Shown piece after piece: positions 18,951-29,600 of a DNA stretch of 64,000 nucleotides. This DNA comes from an uncultured Francisellaceae bacterium (lineage in GTDB: Bacteria; Pseudomonadota; Gammaproteobacteria; UBA6186; Azoamicaceae), in contig CAMFJH010000002.1 of NCBI GenBank assembly GCA_945956915.1, positions 33,842 to 97,841 on the forward strand, given 5' to 3'. The number at the start of each line of letters is the position of its first letter. Position 1 is the first letter of the stretch. The translations under genes and the position numbers were made by a program. The notes under the pieces were generated by a model. It was not told where the DNA came from, did no database searches, and saw only the letters and a list, made by a program, of their open reading frames with translations.

Positions 18951-20333
18951 ATGCCTTTTATCCCCCATACTGCAGAAGATGTCGCTTCCATGTTAAAGGT
19001 GATAGATGCACCGAGTATAGAAGCCTTATTTGATGAAATTCCCAGTCATTTAAGAATTACCGAATTACCAGAAATGCCTGCAGGCTTATCTTCAATGGCT
19101 TTACTACGCGCCATGCAAGAGCGTGCCAAAATGGATATTGTGGATTTAAATTTCATTGGGGCAGGCGCTTACGAGCATCACATCCCTGCGTCCGTTTGGG
19201 ATATTGCTTCTAGAGGCGAATTTATGACCGCGTATACGCCTTATCAAGCAGAAGCTTCTCAGGGCACCTTACAGTTATTATATGAATATCAAAGCATGAT
19301 GACTAATTTAATGGCCATGGATGTTTCGAATGCCTCTCTTTACGATGGTGCTACCGCATTGGCAGAAGCCATTTTAATGGCGATTCGCATCAAAGGTTCT
19401 GATCAAATTGTATTGCCTTCTACCGTGCATCCTTATTACAGACAAGTGGTTAAAACACTGCTTGAACCTTTAGGTGCCGAATTAATAGAATTGCCCTATT
19501 GTTTAAACACTGGCAAAACATTGGTACAAGATTTAGAGGCATTTAGCAACTGTGCTGCTTTGGTGATTCCTCAACCCAATTTTTTAGGGGTATTGGAAGA
19601 TGTGCATGTGTTAACGAATTGGGCACATGCCGCAGGTGCTTTGGTGATTGGCGTAGTCAACCCTGTTGCGATGGCTTTATTTTCTCCCCCCGGCGAATGG
19701 GGCAATAATGGAGCAGATATTGCTTGTGGAGAAGGCCAGCCTTTGGGCGTACCGATGGCTTCTGGTGGGCCTTATTTTGGATTTTTCTGCTGTAAAAAAG
19801 AATATATTAGACAAATGCCAGGACGTTTAATAGGGCGTACACGCGATGCTGCAGGAAAAATGGGGTTTACCTTGACTTTGCAGGCCAGAGAACAACATAT
19901 AAGACGTGCAAAAGCCAAATCCAATATTTGCACAAATCAAGGCTTATTGGTAACGGCTGCGACTATTTTCATGAGTATAATGGGTGCCCAAGGTTTATAT
20001 AATATCGCAGCAGCCTGCTATACCCAGACTAAAGCCTTAAGTGAATTGTTAGTTCCATTAGAAAAATCTGAAGGCATTCGTATTGTGTTCAAACAAGATT
20101 TTTTTCATGAATTGGTATTAAGCTTTCCCTGCCCAGTAGAAACAATAATTCAAAGCTTAGCAAAACAAGGCATACAAGCCGGTTTTGATCTAACACCTGT
20201 GTATCATGAATTGGGAAATTGTTTACTGGTCTGTGTGACAGAAACCAAAACGCGAGAAGATTTAATGGCTTTTGTTTCTGCTTTAAAAGCCACGATGATT
20301 AAGGGGGCGAAAGTATGTCAAGAGGCCAATTGA
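18951..20333 (+). CDS. gcvPA: Glycine dehydrogenase (decarboxylating) subunit 1
   Basis: Split P-protein N-terminal subunit, followed by the overlapping gcvPB. Confidence 0.9.
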   Translation: MPFIPHTAEDVASMLKVIDAPSIEALFDEIPSHLRITELPEMPAGLSSMALLRAMQERAKMDIVDLNFIGAGAYEHHIPASVWDIASRGEFMTAYTPYQAEASQGTLQLLYEYQSMMTNLMAMDVSNASLYDGATALAEAILMAIRIKGSDQIVLPSTVHPYYRQVVKTLLEPLGAELIELPYCLNTGKTLVQDLEAFSNCAALVIPQPNFLGVLEDVHVLTNWAHAAGALVIGVVNPVAMALFSPPGEWGNNGADIACGEGQPLGVPMASGGPYFGFFCCKKEYIRQMPGRLIGRTRDAAGKMGFTLTLQAREQHIRRAKAKSNICTNQGLLVTAATIFMSIMGAQGLYNIAAACYTQTKALSELLVPLEKSEGIRIVFKQDFFHELVLSFPCPVETIIQSLAKQGIQAGFDLTPVYHELGNCLLVCVTETKTREDLMAFVSALKATMIKGAKVCQEAN

Positions 20334-21784
20334 TTTTTGAAAAATCGAAACCAGGACGATGTTCTCCTTCTCAGTATCCCGCGGATTCAAGTTTAAACAT
20401 ATCGGATTTAAATCCTGAATTATTAAGAAAAAAAAAGCCAGAATTACCAGAAGTAGATGAACTAAAAGTCGTTAGGCATTATACAAATATATCCCAAGAA
20501 AATTTTGCGATTGATACGGCTTTTTATCCCTTAGGTTCCTGTACCATGAAATATAATCCCAGAGAAGTGCATAGAATGGCCTCTTTACCGGGATTTTTAA
20601 ATCGACACCCTCTTACAGAATTATCACACAGCCAAGGTTTTATGCGTTGTGTGTTTGAATTACAAGAAATGTTAAAAGCGGTGACAGGCATGTCAGGCGT
20701 TTCTTTGTCTCCGATGGCTGGGGCTCAGGGTGAGTTTGCGGGCGTATTAATGATACGGGCTTATCATAAAGCACGGGGTGATGATACTAGAACAGAAATG
20801 TTAGTGCCTGATTCAGCACATGGCACTAATCCGGCTTCTGCGGTGATGTGTGGTTATACGGTGAAAGAATTACCCACAGCGGCAAATGGTGATTTGGACA
20901 TAGAAGCTTTAAAAAAAGCAGTGGGTCCTCAAACAGCAGGGATTATGCTGACCAATCCATCGACTTTGGGTTTATTTGAACGCCAAATTGATAGCATTGC
21001 GAATATAGTTCATGAAGCAGGTGGCTTGTTATATTATGATGGTGCTAATTTAAATGCGATTTTAGGCAAAGTACGACCTGGAAACATGGGCTTTGATGTG
21101 ATGCATATGAATTTGCATAAAACCTTTGCAACCCCGCATGGGGGTGGGGGACCAGGGGCTGGACCCATTGCTGTGAATGATCGATTATTACCCTATTTGC
21201 CTATTCCACGCGCACAAAAACAACAAGAAAAATATTTATGGCTTAGCGAAAAAGACTGCCCAGATACGATTGGGCGTTTATCCACTTTTATGGGAAATGC
21301 GGGTATTTTATTACGCGCCTATTTTTATATGCGTTTATTAGGCAGAAAAGGATTACATCGAGTAGGAGAGTATGCTACCTTAAATGCGAATTATTTATTA
21401 GCGCGTTTTAAAGAAATGGGTTTAACCGCAGCCTATCCGGATAGAAGAGCGACTCATGAATTTATTTTAACATTGAAACCAGAACTCAAGCAGTATCATT
21501 TATCGGCTATGGATTTTGCCAAAAGGTTATTGGATTTTGGGATCCATGCGCCTACCACGTATTTTCCCTTATTGATCCCTGAATGTTGGTTAATAGAACC
21601 CACCGAAACAGAAAGCAAAGATACTTTAGATTATTTTGTTTCTGTGATGCAGGCAATATTAGAAGAGGCAAAAACGAATCCAGAGAAGATAAAAACAGCC
21701 CCTCATACACTGCCTGTTGGGCGCTTAGATGATATTTATGCGGCAAAGATATTGGATGTAAAATATATCCCTGCAGATGCGTAA
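20315..21784 (+). CDS. gcvPB: Glycine dehydrogenase (decarboxylating) subunit 2
   Basis: PLP-lysine region [19 protein letters not shown]. Confidence 0.9.
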   Translation: MSRGQLIFEKSKPGRCSPSQYPADSSLNISDLNPELLRKKKPELPEVDELKVVRHYTNISQENFAIDTAFYPLGSCTMKYNPREVHRMASLPGFLNRHPLTELSHSQGFMRCVFELQEMLKAVTGMSGVSLSPMAGAQGEFAGVLMIRAYHKARGDDTRTEMLVPDSAHGTNPASAVMCGYTVKELPTAANGDLDIEALKKAVGPQTAGIMLTNPSTLGLFERQIDSIANIVHEAGGLLYYDGANLNAILGKVRPGNMGFDVMHMNLHKTFATPHGGGGPGAGPIAVNDRLLPYLPIPRAQKQQEKYLWLSEKDCPDTIGRLSTFMGNAGILLRAYFYMRLLGRKGLHRVGEYATLNANYLLARFKEMGLTAAYPDRRATHEFILTLKPELKQYHLSAMDFAKRLLDFGIHAPTTYFPLLIPECWLIEPTETESKDTLDYFVSVMQAILEEAKTNPEKIKTAPHTLPVGRLDDIYAAKILDVKYIPADA

Positions 21785-22547
21785 ATCAATCGATCGTTTT
21801 ACAGATACGGTAAGCAATTATCTGAAATACAGGCCTTCATATCCCTTAGAAATTTTGGACCGGATGCGTAAAGAATGTGATTTGACTGCAGATAGTATTA
21901 TTGCAGATATCGGATCAGGAACAGGCATATTGTCGAAGTTATTTTTAGACGATGGAAATACAGTTTTCGGAGTAGAACCTAATCAAAAAATGCGAGAAGC
22001 TGCAGAACAGGAATTAAAATTGTACCCCCATTTTCACAGCATCAATGGTAGTGCAGAAGCAACAGAGCTTAAAAGTAATAGTATCGATTTAATCACTGCA
22101 GGTACAGCTTTTCATTGGTTTGATTTTGAAAAAACAAAGCTAGAATTTAAACGCATCTTAAGATCCTCGGGTTGGGTATTGTTAGTCTGGAATTTAAGAG
22201 CATTAGAATACTCGCCTTTAATGCAAGAACATGAGAAATTGTTGATCAAATATGGCGTAGGGTATCAGCCTTTAATTGATAATAATGCTTATAAGCTTCA
22301 GTTAAAACCCTTTTTTAGCCCTAATGTTATCCATAGCTTTTCGTTTACACACGCTCAATATTTCGATTGGCCAGGATATCAGGGACGATTATTGTCTACT
22401 TCTTATATTCCAAAAGAACATAATGAAAGATATGAAAACATGATGATAGACTTGAAAAAGATTTTTGATAAATACCAACAGAATAATTTAATAAGATATG
22501 AATATGTTACGCAGTCATATTATGGCAGGTTGATAAGTAAAAAATAA
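21777..22547 (+). CDS. Class I SAM-dependent methyltransferase
   Basis: Motif [13 protein letters not shown] and motif post-I VFGVEPN. Overlaps the gcvPB stop by 8 nt. Confidence 0.75.
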   Translation: MRKSIDRFTDTVSNYLKYRPSYPLEILDRMRKECDLTADSIIADIGSGTGILSKLFLDDGNTVFGVEPNQKMREAAEQELKLYPHFHSINGSAEATELKSNSIDLITAGTAFHWFDFEKTKLEFKRILRSSGWVLLVWNLRALEYSPLMQEHEKLLIKYGVGYQPLIDNNAYKLQLKPFFSPNVIHSFSFTHAQYFDWPGYQGRLLSTSYIPKEHNERYENMMIDLKKIFDKYQQNNLIRYEYVTQSYYGRLISKK

Positions 22548-22662
22548 GGAATAATAACCGTAATCCAAAGCCATTATGAATTTGTTAACTAACAAAACAT
22601 TTGATTTATGCCTCTTAAAGTAAGACAATGAGATAGTAGTCGTAATGCTTTAGGGGAATACA

Positions 22663-23178
22663 ATGATTGACTCAGATGGTTTTAGACCCAACATCGGAAT
22701 CATTTTAACGAATCACAAGGGTCGTGTATTGTGGGGCAAGCGTATTCATCAAGATGCTTGGCAATTTCCACAAGGTGGCATGATAGAGGGGGAAACGCCA
22801 GAGCAAACCCTATTTAGAGAATTAAGAGAAGAACTAGGCTTAGAGAAAAACCAGGTCTCTATTATCGGCAGAACCCGCCATTGGTTGCGTTATCGCTTAC
22901 CCAAACACATGGTGCGAGACACTTTGCCTATTTGTATTGGACAAAAACAGTTGTGGTATTTATTGCGCATAGAGGTGTCAGATGCCTCGGTACGTTTGAA
23001 TCATACCCCAAAACCTGAGTTCGATGATTGGGCTTGGGTGAATTATTGGTACCCCTTAAGACAAGTGATACTCTTTAAGAGAGAAGTGTATCGCAGAGCT
23101 TTAAGAGAACTGGCCTATTATCACTTCAAAAATTTTCATGGCAGAGGGGAGTCTGTGTTAGATCCCTTATTGTCTTAA
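22663..23178 (+). CDS. rppH: RNA pyrophosphohydrolase (Nudix)
   Basis: [28 protein letters not shown] Nudix box. Position upstream of lgt. Confidence 0.88.
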   Translation: MIDSDGFRPNIGIILTNHKGRVLWGKRIHQDAWQFPQGGMIEGETPEQTLFRELREELGLEKNQVSIIGRTRHWLRYRLPKHMVRDTLPICIGQKQLWYLLRIEVSDASVRLNHTPKPEFDDWAWVNYWYPLRQVILFKREVYRRALRELAYYHFKNFHGRGESVLDPLLS

Positions 23179-23188
23179 ATGAGTAAGT

Positions 23189-24001
23189 ATGCTTTCATAT
23201 CCCTCTATTAACCCTGTCGCGCTCCAATTAGGCCCTGTATCCATTTATTGGTACGGCATTATGTATTTGATTGGTTTTGCACTGGCTTTTTGGATGCTGG
23301 TGCATCGAGGACCTTATCAAAGACCGCCTTGGACCAGTGCTGCGATTTCCGATTTACTGTGCTATTCAGCCATTGGGGTGATATTTGGCGGTACTTTAGG
23401 AGAACTGTTATTTTACCATATCGATGAGTTGTTTATAAACCCTTTAAAAATATTTCAATTTTGGGAACCTGGACGATCATTTCATGGTGGTTTACTGGGA
23501 GTGATAATTGCAATTTTTGTTTTTTCTAAAATTCACAAAAATCCTAAGTATTCTTTTTTGGAGATCAGTGATTTTATAGCACCTGTGGTACCAATCGGCC
23601 TTTGTGCTGGACGTTTGGGCAATTTTATTAATGCTGAGTTGTGGGGAAAAGTAACGGATTTGCCTTGGGGCATGGTATTTCCAGGAGCAGGTCCTTGGCC
23701 ACGTCATCCTTCTCAATTGTATGAATGTTTATTAGAAGGTGTGTTATTATTTTTTATTTTAAATGCCTATATTTATTATGTTAAACAGCATAAACATCAA
23801 GCTTTAAAAACGGGTATGGTTTCAGGATTATTTTTAATTTTTTATGGCTTATTTAGAATTATCGTTGAATTTGTGCGCGAACCTGAATTTGCACAAGGGT
23901 ATATCGCTTTTGATTGGTTGACCAAGGGACAATTGTTATCATTACCGATGGTGATTGTGGGATTGGGTTTGTGTTTATATGCTAAGAGAAGCTCAAAATG
24001 A
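23189..24001 (+). CDS. lgt: Prolipoprotein diacylglyceryl transferase
   Basis: [12 protein letters not shown]...[13 protein letters not shown]...HPSQLYE. Confidence 0.92.
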   Translation: MLSYPSINPVALQLGPVSIYWYGIMYLIGFALAFWMLVHRGPYQRPPWTSAAISDLLCYSAIGVIFGGTLGELLFYHIDELFINPLKIFQFWEPGRSFHGGLLGVIIAIFVFSKIHKNPKYSFLEISDFIAPVVPIGLCAGRLGNFINAELWGKVTDLPWGMVFPGAGPWPRHPSQLYECLLEGVLLFFILNAYIYYVKQHKHQALKTGMVSGLFLIFYGLFRIIVEFVREPEFAQGYIAFDWLTKGQLLSLPMVIVGLGLCLYAKRSSK

Positions 24002-24792
24002 ATACTTATTTAAATTTGATGCGTCATATTTTGGAAAAAGGACTCACAAAAACAGATAGAACAGGTACAGGCACGCGTAGTGTGTTTGGATATCAAATGC
24101 GATTTAATTTAGCAGAGGGCTTTCCCTTACTGACGACTAAAAAAATGCACACGCGTGCTATTTTTCATGAGTTATTATGGTTTTTAAAAGGCGATACCAA
24201 TATTCGATCTTTGCACGAAGTGGGAGTCACGATTTGGGATGAATGGGCAAATGCTGATGGCGATTTAGGCCCTGTATACGGTAAGCAATGGCGTTCTTGG
24301 GCGAACCCTGCCGGAGGCACCATTGATCAAATTTCTGAAGTCATTCAAGCTATCAAAACAAATCCAGATTCAAGGCGTTTAATTGTGAGTGCTTGGAATG
24401 TGGCCGATTTAGATAAAATGGCCTTAGCGCCTTGCCATTGTTTATTTCAATTTTATGTGGCTAATGGTCGTTTATCTTGCCAATTGTACCAACGCAGTGC
24501 TGATGTGTTTTTAGGCTTGCCATTCAATATTGCTTCTTATGCTTTATTAACGCATATGATTGCTCAAGTGGTGGGTTTAGAAGTAGGAGATTATGTGCAT
24601 ACCATTGGGGACGCACATTTATATACCAATCACTTGGAACAAACCGAAGAACAATTGCAACGCACGCCCTATGTTCTGCCCAAATTGACTTTAAATTCAG
24701 AAGTAAAATCGATTTTTGATTTTCAGTATGAAGATATTCATCTAGAAAATTATCAATACCATCCCCGTATTGTGGCTCCAGTTGCGGTATAA
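23998..24792 (+). CDS. thyA: Thymidylate synthase
   Basis: DRTGTGT...[12 protein letters not shown]...[20 protein letters not shown]. Confidence 0.95.
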   Translation: MNTYLNLMRHILEKGLTKTDRTGTGTRSVFGYQMRFNLAEGFPLLTTKKMHTRAIFHELLWFLKGDTNIRSLHEVGVTIWDEWANADGDLGPVYGKQWRSWANPAGGTIDQISEVIQAIKTNPDSRRLIVSAWNVADLDKMALAPCHCLFQFYVANGRLSCQLYQRSADVFLGLPFNIASYALLTHMIAQVVGLEVGDYVHTIGDAHLYTNHLEQTEEQLQRTPYVLPKLTLNSEVKSIFDFQYEDIHLENYQYHPRIVAPVAV

Positions 24793-24795
24793 AAA

Positions 24796-25266
24796 ATGAT
24801 CATTTCTATGATAGCTGCGATGACAGAAGAGGGAGTGATTGGGCGAGATCAAAAATTGCCATGGCAAATACCGGAAGAATTGCAATATTTTAGAGCAATG
24901 ACCCTAAATAAACCGATAGTAATGGGCTCAAGAACTTTTGAATCCATGGGCAGCAGGCCTTTGCCACATCGACCGAATATCATTCTAACACGCGATCAAG
25001 AATTTGTATCGGCAACCTGTACTGTGTTACATTCAATAGAAGCTGTGCTAGACACCCTAAAAGGTTATGAGGAAATTATGATTATCGGAGGTGCGAGTGT
25101 TTATAAGCAATTTCTACCCCTGGCTTCTCGTTTGTATATCACGATTATTCATGAAGCTTATAAAGGTGATACCTATTTTCCAAGTGTGGATTGGAATGAT
25201 TGGGCCTTAAAAAACGAAGATTCAAGACTTTTATTTACGACTAAAGTATATGAAAGGAGAATATGA
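24796..25266 (+). CDS. folA: Dihydrofolate reductase
   Basis: IGRDQKLPWQIPEELQYF...GSRTFESMG...IIGGASVYKQFL. Confidence 0.92.
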   Translation: MIISMIAAMTEEGVIGRDQKLPWQIPEELQYFRAMTLNKPIVMGSRTFESMGSRPLPHRPNIILTRDQEFVSATCTVLHSIEAVLDTLKGYEEIMIIGGASVYKQFLPLASRLYITIIHEAYKGDTYFPSVDWNDWALKNEDSRLLFTTKVYERRI

Positions 25267-26405
25267 GTATGTTATTTCGTGCAGTACTTGAGAAATTAAT
25301 AGCTCTTTTTAACAGCTATGTACCTAGAGATAATGATGTGGGTAAAGCGAAAGCCGAAGAACGAAAGAAGATAGTAGATTTTTTATCAAAACTTACAGCC
25401 AGATGCACACCCTTATCCTGTGTAGACATAAGTACATGTATAAACTTTTTGTCAGCTGAAGTAGGTTTTTTGAAAGACATTAGAAAAAAATTTAAAGAAC
25501 AAAATTCTGCAGAAGATGAATTACCTGCAGCAACTTTAGATGGGTTTACCATGGCATCCATCAAAGTCTTAACGAATCTGTTTGATTATTGGGCGCAATC
25601 AGTATTATCTATTCGACATCAAAAAGAGAGTTTAGCCAAAAACTCACTTCCCGAAAATGCAAGCAGTATTTTGATAAAATCTTTGCAAAATGTCGAGGAA
25701 CAGGAACCCTTAGGGTTTTTACAAGTTCAATTAATTTTATTTATGATTGATGTAGATATACGTTTTGAATCTGATAAAGCATCTAAATCTAAGGTTGATA
25801 GGTTTTACAGTGGTTTTTCAAGCGTCCTTAATCTTACAAATTACAATCATACCGCAGAAGATAATTTAAAACCTGTAGTATATAAGCATTTAGTGAAAAT
25901 GAAAACACTATTGCCAACATCAAAAGGTGATGACGCTAAGTATATGAAATTTATTGATGATGCATTGATCGAAGCTTTAGGGTATGAAGCACAACAAAGT
26001 GGAGGTAAGCTAACACATTTGAAAGAATATTTAAATACAGTTAGTATAAGAATAGCTGATTTTCCATCATTAAAGAAATACAGAGAGAACGTAGTTAACA
26101 TGTGTGATGAGGTTAGAAGATGTAGCGAAGCTTTTGCTAAGGAGTTGGCAAATCAAGAGAAACCAGAAGAATCTAAGAGCGCTTCTATATCTGAAGAGTC
26201 AACAAAAACTTTAGAACCTGAAGTCACGTCTAGAAGCTCCTTATCTGAAACGTATGCGTCAGTGGTTGCACGTGGATCGACGAGCTCATCATATTCTCCA
26301 TCGGCTTCGCCATTTCAAATGATTCCCCACCCTACTCGAAATCCTTCAGTACTGGTATTAGAAGCAGAAACGACGGTCCATATATCAAACAGTAAACTTA
26401 GGTGA
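25263..26405 (+). CDS. Hypothetical 380-aa protein with a Ser/Thr-rich C-terminus, translationally coupled to folA and the DUF374 gene
   Basis: 4-nt overlaps at both ends (25263-25266 and 26402-26405). No recognisable domain. Confidence 0.6.
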   Translation: MSMLFRAVLEKLIALFNSYVPRDNDVGKAKAEERKKIVDFLSKLTARCTPLSCVDISTCINFLSAEVGFLKDIRKKFKEQNSAEDELPAATLDGFTMASIKVLTNLFDYWAQSVLSIRHQKESLAKNSLPENASSILIKSLQNVEEQEPLGFLQVQLILFMIDVDIRFESDKASKSKVDRFYSGFSSVLNLTNYNHTAEDNLKPVVYKHLVKMKTLLPTSKGDDAKYMKFIDDALIEALGYEAQQSGGKLTHLKEYLNTVSIRIADFPSLKKYRENVVNMCDEVRRCSEAFAKELANQEKPEESKSASISEESTKTLEPEVTSRSSLSETYASVVARGSTSSSYSPSASPFQMIPHPTRNPSVLVLEAETTVHISNSKLR

Positions 26406-27037
26406 AAAAGAGGATGAATAAATATCGATTGCTTGGCATTTTGGCTTATTATCTTACCTATTTATTATATAAAACCTTAAGAGTTGAGATAAAATTTGAT
26501 CCAGATTACGATGTGGCAACACAATATCTGGGCGCTTTTTGGCATGGTAAACAATTTTTACCGGTATTTGCCATGTCTAAGCATCAAACTAAACGTGCAG
26601 CATTAGTCAGTGCTTCTAAAGATGGAGAAATTTTAACAGCTTGGCTGGAAAAAATTGGCTATACCGTTATTCGCGGTTCTTCTAGACATCACAATACTCG
26701 AGCCTTAGCACAAATGATCAAAGCACTAAAAGCTGGATATGGTATAGGATACGGAATTGATGGACCCATAGGGCCTATCTATAAAGTCAAACCGGGAATG
26801 ACACACATGGCCAAAAAGTTGGGTTTAGAGATCTTACCTATGGGCACGGCTTTTAGCCGTAAATGGGTAATCCACAAAGCTTGGGATAAATATGAAATTC
26901 CTAAGCCTTTTTCTAAAGCCATTCTCTATATAGGCAAACCGCTGAAAATAGAAAAAGATGCAGATTTAGAACACAGCAATTTATTATTAGAAGAAAAAAT
27001 TCACGAAGCAGAAGCTAAAGCCGCTGCTTATTTGTAA
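26402..27037 (+). CDS. DUF374-family (lysophospholipid acyltransferase-like) protein, usually linked to Kdo transferase genes
   Basis: FWHGKQFLP...SASKDGEILTAWLEKIGYTVIRGSS...IDGPIGPIYKVKPG. Confidence 0.7.
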   Translation: MKKRMNKYRLLGILAYYLTYLLYKTLRVEIKFDPDYDVATQYLGAFWHGKQFLPVFAMSKHQTKRAALVSASKDGEILTAWLEKIGYTVIRGSSRHHNTRALAQMIKALKAGYGIGYGIDGPIGPIYKVKPGMTHMAKKLGLEILPMGTAFSRKWVIHKAWDKYEIPKPFSKAILYIGKPLKIEKDADLEHSNLLLEEKIHEAEAKAAAYL

Positions 27038-27070
27038 AAAAATGATAGTTTTTTAGAGCTTTATTTCCAT

Positions 27071-27415
27071 AAAATCCCCCCGGTGCTGTGCACCGACCCC
27101 CTTTTTCAAAGTGGGTTGTCACTCCGCATTGTGCTCTTCATGAACATTAATGACAAAATACTTTTAAGAATTTGTAATGAATGATTGATTTTTTTGTATC
27201 GCAACAACAATATAATCTAGGAAGTAAATAATCTCCTGTAATTTTTTATCTAATATAAGGGCACCATTGTTATATTTTAAGCTTTGGTTATTGAGCTAAA
27301 AAAGAAATTTACAGCTTCTTTAAAATATATGGTCTTTAACATTCATTAGAAGTATAATTCGGAGTGACAACCCACTTTGAAAAAGGGGGTCGGTGCACGG
27401 CACCGGGGGGATTTT
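27071..27415. repeat. Inverted pair of the ~55-nt double-hairpin module bounding a 233-nt interior (MITE/REP-like element, copy 2)
   Basis: 27071-27126 and 27360-27415 are reverse complements apart from one loop base. They share the C6 / hairpin / GACCCCC / A-T core / GTGGG architecture with 264-483. Confidence 0.75.
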
Positions 27416-27418
27416 AAC

Positions 27419-27763
27419 TTAAAGACGATTCTGATGTTTTTTATGCTCTGTTTGCGTATGATGTGCTTGATTCGGTTGTGTAGGTGAAACTGTGCTTGTA
27501 GTTGTGGTTTTAGTTTGGATGGGTGCTGCATTAACCGTATTCGTTTTTGATGTTGTAGTATTAGCTTTCTTTTTTTGCCAATCTTCTATTTTTTCTTTGA
27601 CATGATCAGCGCCTGCTTTGATTTTGGGTATAACAACATTGATTGTGAAATCTTTAGTGGTATGAAAAGCCTTTAGTAATTTTTCTTTAACAATGGGAGC
27701 GTATTCTTTTGTTTTATCGCTAATGTTGGTTGCGATGGTTTGCATTTTTTCTTTAGCGCTCAT
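27419..27763 (-). CDS. Hypothetical hydrophilic 114-aa protein (amphipathic N-terminal half, Thr-rich basic tail)
   Basis: ORF whose stop lies 4 nt from the palindromic module. Lies downstream on the same strand as the 72-aa ORF. Confidence 0.5.
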   Translation of the reverse strand: MSAKEKMQTIATNISDKTKEYAPIVKEKLLKAFHTTKDFTINVVIPKIKAGADHVKEKIEDWQKKKANTTTSKTNTVNAAPIQTKTTTTSTVSPTQPNQAHHTQTEHKKHQNRL

Positions 27764-27846
27764 TTGATTTCTCCCAATATAAAATACGTCTCAACTGATT
27801 AATAAATACCGAGCAATTGAAAATCAACTGCCCGGTATAGTGTCGA

Positions 27847-28065
27847 TTATTTATTTTTGTTCACAGAACCTGTTTTTCCGGAACCTGCTGGGCTTGCATT
27901 CCAGCCTGTTGAAGGATTTTGCCAATCACCTTTAGTGGTTTGTTTGCGTGATTTGTCATTGTCTTTGCCTGTTTGATGACCGCCTGCAGTTGTTGTCCAC
28001 TGGTTTTGAGAGGTCTTGTTAGGGGTGTTTTTGTCGCCAGGTTTTTGAGTGTTTTGAGTAGTCAT
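27847..28065 (-). CDS. Small (72 aa) basic, Gly/Thr/Asn/Gln/Lys-rich low-complexity protein
   Basis: MTTQNTQKPGDKNTPNKTSQNQWTTTAGGHQTGKDNDKSRKQTTKGDWQNPSTGWNASPAGSGKTGSVNKNK. GGAGAC lies 6 nt upstream of the ATG (RC of 28071-28076). Confidence 0.5.
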   Translation of the reverse strand: MTTQNTQKPGDKNTPNKTSQNQWTTTAGGHQTGKDNDKSRKQTTKGDWQNPSTGWNASPAGSGKTGSVNKNK

Positions 28066-28311
28066 ATCTGTCTCCTAATGCTAGGTTAAGGGTTAAGATG
28101 AGACCCGCAGGGGGTGTATCATCGCGTAGACATTTTAGAATCTAAATCCAAAATGTAATCTAACAAACACAAATATAGCACAGAAAAAATAAAAGTTAGG
28201 TTCACTGGTTAACTAATTAAAAAAGCTCGAAATTTAGTTGAAAATTCGGTAAACTAGCCTGAATAAAGAGGCTAATTATGGGGTAGGGTCACCTAAAAAG
28301 GAGAATGCATT

Positions 28312-28548
28312 GTGCCTAAAAATACCTGTCATAAAAATCAGCGTCATAGCGCCAATCTATCACCTCTGAAGATCATCAAGATCAAGAGTAAAGATTGCCC
28401 TTTGGCCTGCCCTATACCGGATCAAAGCTTATGGAACGCACACCCTAAAGTCTATTTAGCGATAGAAGCACTGGGGAAGGTTAGTTGTCCTTATTGTGGA
28501 ACACATTATGTATTAGAGAAAGATGTAGAAGATACACGTGCAATTTAA
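28312..28548 (+). CDS. Zinc-finger (zf-CHCC / NDUFS6-like) small protein
   Basis: GTG start behind AAAGGAG. C.LAC...HPKVYLAIEALGKVSCPYCGTHYVL. Confidence 0.65.
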   Translation: MPKNTCHKNQRHSANLSPLKIIKIKSKDCPLACPIPDQSLWNAHPKVYLAIEALGKVSCPYCGTHYVLEKDVEDTRAI

Positions 28549-29578
28549 TCAGAATGATCAAACAAAGATACTTATTGTAGCCCCTGCTTGGGTGGGGGAT
28601 ATGGTCATGGCGCAATCCTTGTTTAAAATCCTTAAAAAAAACCAGCCTAATACACAGATTGATGTTTTAGCCCCTGCGTGGACCTACCCACTTTTAGCTT
28701 TGATGCCTGAAGTCAGCCAGGGTATTTTGATGCCTTTAGGCCATGGAGCCTTGGGTTTGGGTGTACGTTATCGTGTTGCTCAGTCTTTAAAACAGGCTCG
28801 ATATGATGAAGCGATTGTTTTAACCAATACTTGGAAATCTGCACTGGTTCCATTTTTTGCACGCATCCCCAAACGTAGGGGTTGGCGTGGAGAGATGCGT
28901 TGGGGTTTATTAACGGATATCCGTAAATTAGATAAACGCGCACGGCCCTTAATGATTGATCGGTACGCGGCCCTAGGTTTAGATAAAAATGCTACGCTAA
29001 GCGATGTACCATGGCCGCAATTGCATGTAAAGCCACAAGTAGTTGAAAGTACGCTCTCTCAATTTTCTTTAGAGAAAAAATCAGAACATCCTATTCTTAT
29101 TTTATGTCCAGGTGCAGAAGGTGGAGATGCAAAGCGCTGGCCCACCGATCATTTTGCCGCATTGGCCAATCAAAAAATAAAAGAAGGATGGCAAGTATGG
29201 ATCTTAGGTTCACCTAAAGATGTTTTGCTTGCAAAAAAGATTCAGGAAAATATACAAGCATCTTATGTAGATCATTGTATTAATTTAACGGGTAAAACAA
29301 GCTTAGATCAAGCCATTCATTTATTGGCTGCGGCTTCGCAAGTTGTTGCCAATGATTCTGGTTTAATGCATGTTGCTGCTGCTTTAAATGTCCCTTTAGT
29401 CGGTATTTTTGGTCCAACCACAGCAACACATACTCCACCCTTGAGCAAAAATGCTAAGGCCGTTTCTTTAGAGTTAGGGTGCAGACCGTGTTTTAAACGC
29501 AGTTGTCCTTTAACACATCATCAATGTATGCAGGGATTAAGTCCAGAAAAAGTTGCTGCAGCATTTTATTCACCTTAA
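28538..29578 (+). CDS. waaF: ADP-heptose:LPS heptosyltransferase II
   Basis: ILIVAPAWVGDMVMAQSLF...NDSGLMHVAAALNVPLVGIFGPT (GT9). Confidence 0.85.
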   Translation: MQFNQNDQTKILIVAPAWVGDMVMAQSLFKILKKNQPNTQIDVLAPAWTYPLLALMPEVSQGILMPLGHGALGLGVRYRVAQSLKQARYDEAIVLTNTWKSALVPFFARIPKRRGWRGEMRWGLLTDIRKLDKRARPLMIDRYAALGLDKNATLSDVPWPQLHVKPQVVESTLSQFSLEKKSEHPILILCPGAEGGDAKRWPTDHFAALANQKIKEGWQVWILGSPKDVLLAKKIQENIQASYVDHCINLTGKTSLDQAIHLLAAASQVVANDSGLMHVAAALNVPLVGIFGPTTATHTPPLSKNAKAVSLELGCRPCFKRSCPLTHHQCMQGLSPEKVAAAFYSP

Positions 29579-29600
29579 GTTGTAGGACCCGAGCAAAGCA

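Noticed and set aside
27346-27531. 61-aa minus-strand ORF
   Set aside because: It spans the right palindromic module and overlaps the 3' end of the 114-aa gene in another frame. It is an artefact of the repeat.
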